In this document: positions 1 to 64,000 of the stretch, one piece after another
Position numbering within the stretch: the stretch's first letter is position 1
Layout: each line of letters starts with the position of its first letter
Assembly (NCBI GenBank): GCA_051294375.1
Contig: JBJCIZ010000239.1
Coordinates: 6,944,852 to 7,008,851, forward strand
Length of the DNA: 64,000 nucleotides
Origin: Paraspadella gotoi
Lineage: Eukaryota; Animalia; Chaetognatha
Reading direction: 5' to 3'
The notes under the pieces: generated by a model
Database searches by the model: none
What the model was told of the DNA's origin: nothing
Seen by the model: the letters and a program-made list of their open reading frames with translations, nothing else
Position numbers and translations under genes: made by a program

Positions 1-12292
<12,292 letters not shown>

Positions 12293-14779
12293 GGCTGACA
12301 TCAATGACGTCGTCTCGTCTCTTCCGATACAACCTAGTGGTGGTGGTGGTGGTGGTGGTGGTGGTGGTGGTGGTGGTGGTGGGGTGGTGGAGGAGGAGGA
12401 GGAGGAGTAGACAGCGATGGGTTGAAGAGAGATCATCTCTTCGAGTAAAACGACGTTAAAAAAGTATTTATCTATTTTCTTTTTTAATTCGGTCCAATAA
12501 ATTATTTTCTTTTTTTTTTTCGTTGTTGTTGGTTGGTTTTTTTATTCTCAAACGATTGTAAAGAACTTGACGTACTACTAAGTTGTTAAAAAAAAATAAA
12601 CCATGCTCTACAATGATACAATCTACCAATCCTGCGATATGCAAATAGGAATTAGCGACTTAATTCTTGGAATTCTGTCTCAAAATTAGGATTCTTCGTC
12701 ATTCCGTCCTTTCTTCCATTTTTTCTTTTTTTCTTCTTCTTCTTCTTTCCGTCTTGCTCTTCCTCATGCTTCAATAAATAAAATTTCGATTAATTGTAAT
12801 TAAAATTAATATATTTTTAAAAAAAATTAATAAAGATTTTATTTTGTCTCTTTTTTTGTGTTAGAAAGAAGAACGATTGAAAAAAATAACCCAAATTCTA
12901 ATTGAAAAACGTAAGAAACTCCTGTACAACTTTTTTTTCTTAGCCTATAAAACTGACGTGAGTTGATTGAGTTTACATATACTTTAGAAACTTTCACATA
13001 TATTGAATAAAAAACAACCGGTAAAGCGTTCCATGTTATAACATAAAATGGTGCTTATTTAATTATGAAATGTTCATTAAGAGTGAACAATATCTCTACT
13101 CGACAGCGAGGAAGAATAATTAAATTTTCACAGCAATACATAAACATGTGATAAAACTTTAATGTCTTCTCATACATTTATAATCATTTATTCATACATG
13201 TCCAGAGAGAAAGAAAACAAAAAATTCAATCGAATAATGACGCATGTTTGTAGAAATTATAAACTTTTATATGTCTTACAAATTCTATGTCTTTAATCAT
13301 TTGCCCAAAACATATCATACATTTTGTTTGATGTAACGTCTACAGGACAAATCCCTTTTCTCGGCCAGAAACAAACTCCATAGGCTCATTTATTAGACAA
13401 TTCGGGGATTTTAATTTTCAAGCTACGAACTCTATAGTTAAAAACCCTTAATTTTTTTTCGATCAGTATTATTTACAATCGCGACATTGCAAAAAAAAAA
13501 AAAGTAGTCAAATATCTCTTAGGTTTCTTTTTTTTTAAATTCCTTTCAAAAGCCCTGCTGGTTAGAGCTTTATTATGTTTTATTTTGTTCATACATTACG
13601 AATTCGACGCTAGATTCAATTTGTAATGAAATAATTTTCTCCACATATTGTGGCTTTATATAAATACTTTACGCTATGCCTTTAGGCAACCTTTCCCAAC
13701 GTTAAAGAATGTTTATATTGTTCAATCCTTTATTAAAAGAATTTAATGACGATGGTTAGGAAATTGTATTACGTCCAAATTTTCATATTTGTCGTAAAAT
13801 TATCTCCAAAAGTTTACGTAAACATATTATTTTCCATTTTGAAAGTTGCAAATAAACCTATTGTGCGTTGGATACAAGAACTCGATCCAAAAGTGAAGCC
13901 CCCCCCCAAAAAAAAGAAATCAATGACAAACAATTTAAAAGATATATATTACCACAATTTAAAAAAAAGCTTCTCTCGCCTATGTTTTATTATCATATTT
14001 CATGCTTCTATTTGTTCACTATTAACATTTTTAAGTGTCCTTTCTGTAGTTGTAGCGAATAGTAATGATTGTGTTACTCCACGCGTATAATTATTATGAG
14101 CTTTTCGTTGTTTTTTTTTTTTTACCGGATCGCATGTTTATTTTTAAAACATTTAAAAAAAACTAACATTTGTTTCTTTTAAGTTAAAAACGTCATAGAG
14201 TACTAAAAAAAATCTTTCGAGGTTAATTACAAATCGTATTTATATATAGTATTTACATAGAATTTCTCAATAATATGTTAATCTCCGTGCGATCGTCGAT
14301 TTAAAACAAAAATTTTGAGATTCATTTCGACAAAATATTTAAGTATTTTAAGCCTAAGAAAAAAGATTTTAACATAATTAGACATATATATATATATATA
14401 AAAGTATAAAATTCGTTGTTGTTTCGTTTGTTTACAGAAAAAAACTACGACCGATGCGTAATTTAATCATATTTCTCATTGTAACAATTTAGTTATATAT
14501 TTAATGTTTTATACAGTTTTTATTTTAAAATTGTCCAAAAATGCACCTTTCTTCCATTTCATTTGTTGACTTTTTGTACATGTAATAAATTAAACGGAAA
14601 CAAAAATAATCGTTTTGTTCATTTGATTTTTAATTTATTATTTATCTATAATTTTAGGTTAAGAGTCCAGTTCAAAAACACCTTGTTTTTATGGCCTCAT
14701 TTTCCCCTAACGCTGCATTTCATTTTAAATTCGAATAATTTTAAAGATCAGGTGAGGAATTAGGTTTAGGGATTTCGGT

Positions 14780-14963
14780 ACAATTTTACTTTCGCCGGGG
14801 TTTTGGCGTCTTTTGGAAAACGATTTACAAATACTTAATTATTAAAAAAAAAATTGAAAAAAAAATGTATTACCTAATTACCCTAACCCTAAACCCTCTT
14901 AACCCTAACCACCCCTAACCCTGAACCCCCCCTAACCCCGGTCGGCGAAAATAAAATTGACCC
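14780..14963 (-). mobile_element. Short TIR element with CCCTAA repeats (related architecture, different TIR)
   Basis: cggtacaattttactttcgccgggg ... ccccggtcggcgaaaataaaattgacccg enclosing ccctaa units. Confidence 0.6.
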
Positions 14964-16229
14964 GGCATTGGCATCATGGTTTTGGTAACTGAAGATCCGC
15001 TCCCCCGTTGCCTGCCTGTAATAATACTAATATGTACTAATATGTAAATACTTTGAACTTCAATTTGAAGATTGTTTTTTGTTTCTCCTTACTTTTTGCT
15101 TCCTCGCCCGCCCTCTCCAAACTTGAAGGTTCGCGAAAACAACGAATAAACGATTGAAACATAAGAACAACGATTTCTTAATCTAAATTGGCCTTTTTGG
15201 CCTCACATTTGTGGAAACGTTTGAAAGAGAATGGATAAAAACAAGACCGACTAATTGTTGCTATATCACCACACTAAATGGTAAAAATAAAATTTAAAAC
15301 GTTCTTATCTTCATTTTGTCTCATTTTTGTGGTCATCTCGTTTGAGATACGCTTAAAGAATTAGCCAGGTATAGACAGTAAATGTGCGGTATCTGTTATT
15401 TAAAGTATCTATTCTACTATGTACTACTTTTAAGATTAAATATAAATTTCCGTATAAAAATTAGGCAAATGTTTATTTCAATAGCACATGGTATGAACAT
15501 GTTTGTACAAACGGGTTTTTACGCCAAGTGAATAAAAAAAAAATTAAAACGTACATATTAAATAATCCTCATTCCAATTATAAAAAACTAATACTTTTTT
15601 ATTATTTTTTTTTGTAGAATTATAATTAACAAATACAAAACGTGATATGACACATTTCAAATATACAAATACGTTATAAAATGATATGTTTATTGTTGTT
15701 GAAACATGATATAAAAGGAGATGGAATGCCCGCGAAAAGTTAAAAAAAAAACTTGCTTCAAATTGTATTTCTAATGTAAAAAGAAAGAACAATAAACAAA
15801 AAGTAATTGTTTAAAAAATCAAGTTTTGCGAAGGCGGGGGGGGGGGAAGATGGTTAGAAATTATCAAGTGCTTTTTTTTCAAAAGGTTTACAGCACTGTA
15901 CAATTATACATTTCTTTTATAAAAAATGGAACTGTACACATCATTTTGAGTATTTGAATAAAAAGCAAAAAAAAAACAAACAAAAAACAACAAAAAAACA
16001 AAACAAAACAAAAATTTTTGAATGAATTTTAAATCGAATGAAGTCGAATCTTTTTTTTTTTATATTCAGCACCGATGAATCGATGATTCATTTTGAAGGA
16101 GAAGTAAACCTGTAGTTTATTTAAATGACTACTTGACTCTCTTTTAACCCTAATCAATTACCAAACTAAATAATAACGATTTAAATTTAAAAAAATAAAA
16201 GTTTTTTATTTGTTCAGACGACGCGACCT

Positions 16230-63931
<47,702 letters not shown>

Positions 63932-64000
63932 CTAGCGAGTGATAGGAGAAGCCGACGGAAGACAGACCTTGAGGGTGAAAAAAACAAAAGATCCTTTCGT

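Overview
Eukaryotic (most likely metazoan) AT-rich genomic DNA with spliceosomal introns, abundant (AG)n/(GAC)n/(CAA)n microsatellites and seven N-gaps; most ORFs in the supplied track are microsatellite artefacts. Splice-site and reading-phase reconstruction gives three genes. (1) The 3' part of an unidentified + strand gene (<1-12292) with several candidate alternative ends. (2) A complete 6-exon gamma-glutamyl hydrolase (GGH) on the - strand (3447-7179), apparently nested in an intron of gene 1. (3) The 3' part of a large unidentified - strand gene (16230->63931, 16 phase-compatible exons, Gly/Ser/Pro-rich) with one GC-AG intron that holds a perfect 86-bp hairpin. Exon-like + strand segments suggest a further antisense transcript inside gene 3. 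Several non-autonomous mobile element families are present: MITE-like elements carrying degenerate TTAGGG arrays, a 255-bp highly structured element with 4-bp TSDs, DINE-1/HINE-like elements, tRNA-derived SINE-like elements and a ~240-bp dispersed repeat. Sequence from ~47.5 to 59 kb is indel-rich, and ~51.5-57 kb duplicates ~59-64 kb, probably as an assembly artefact. All calls were made by eye; no database searches were run.
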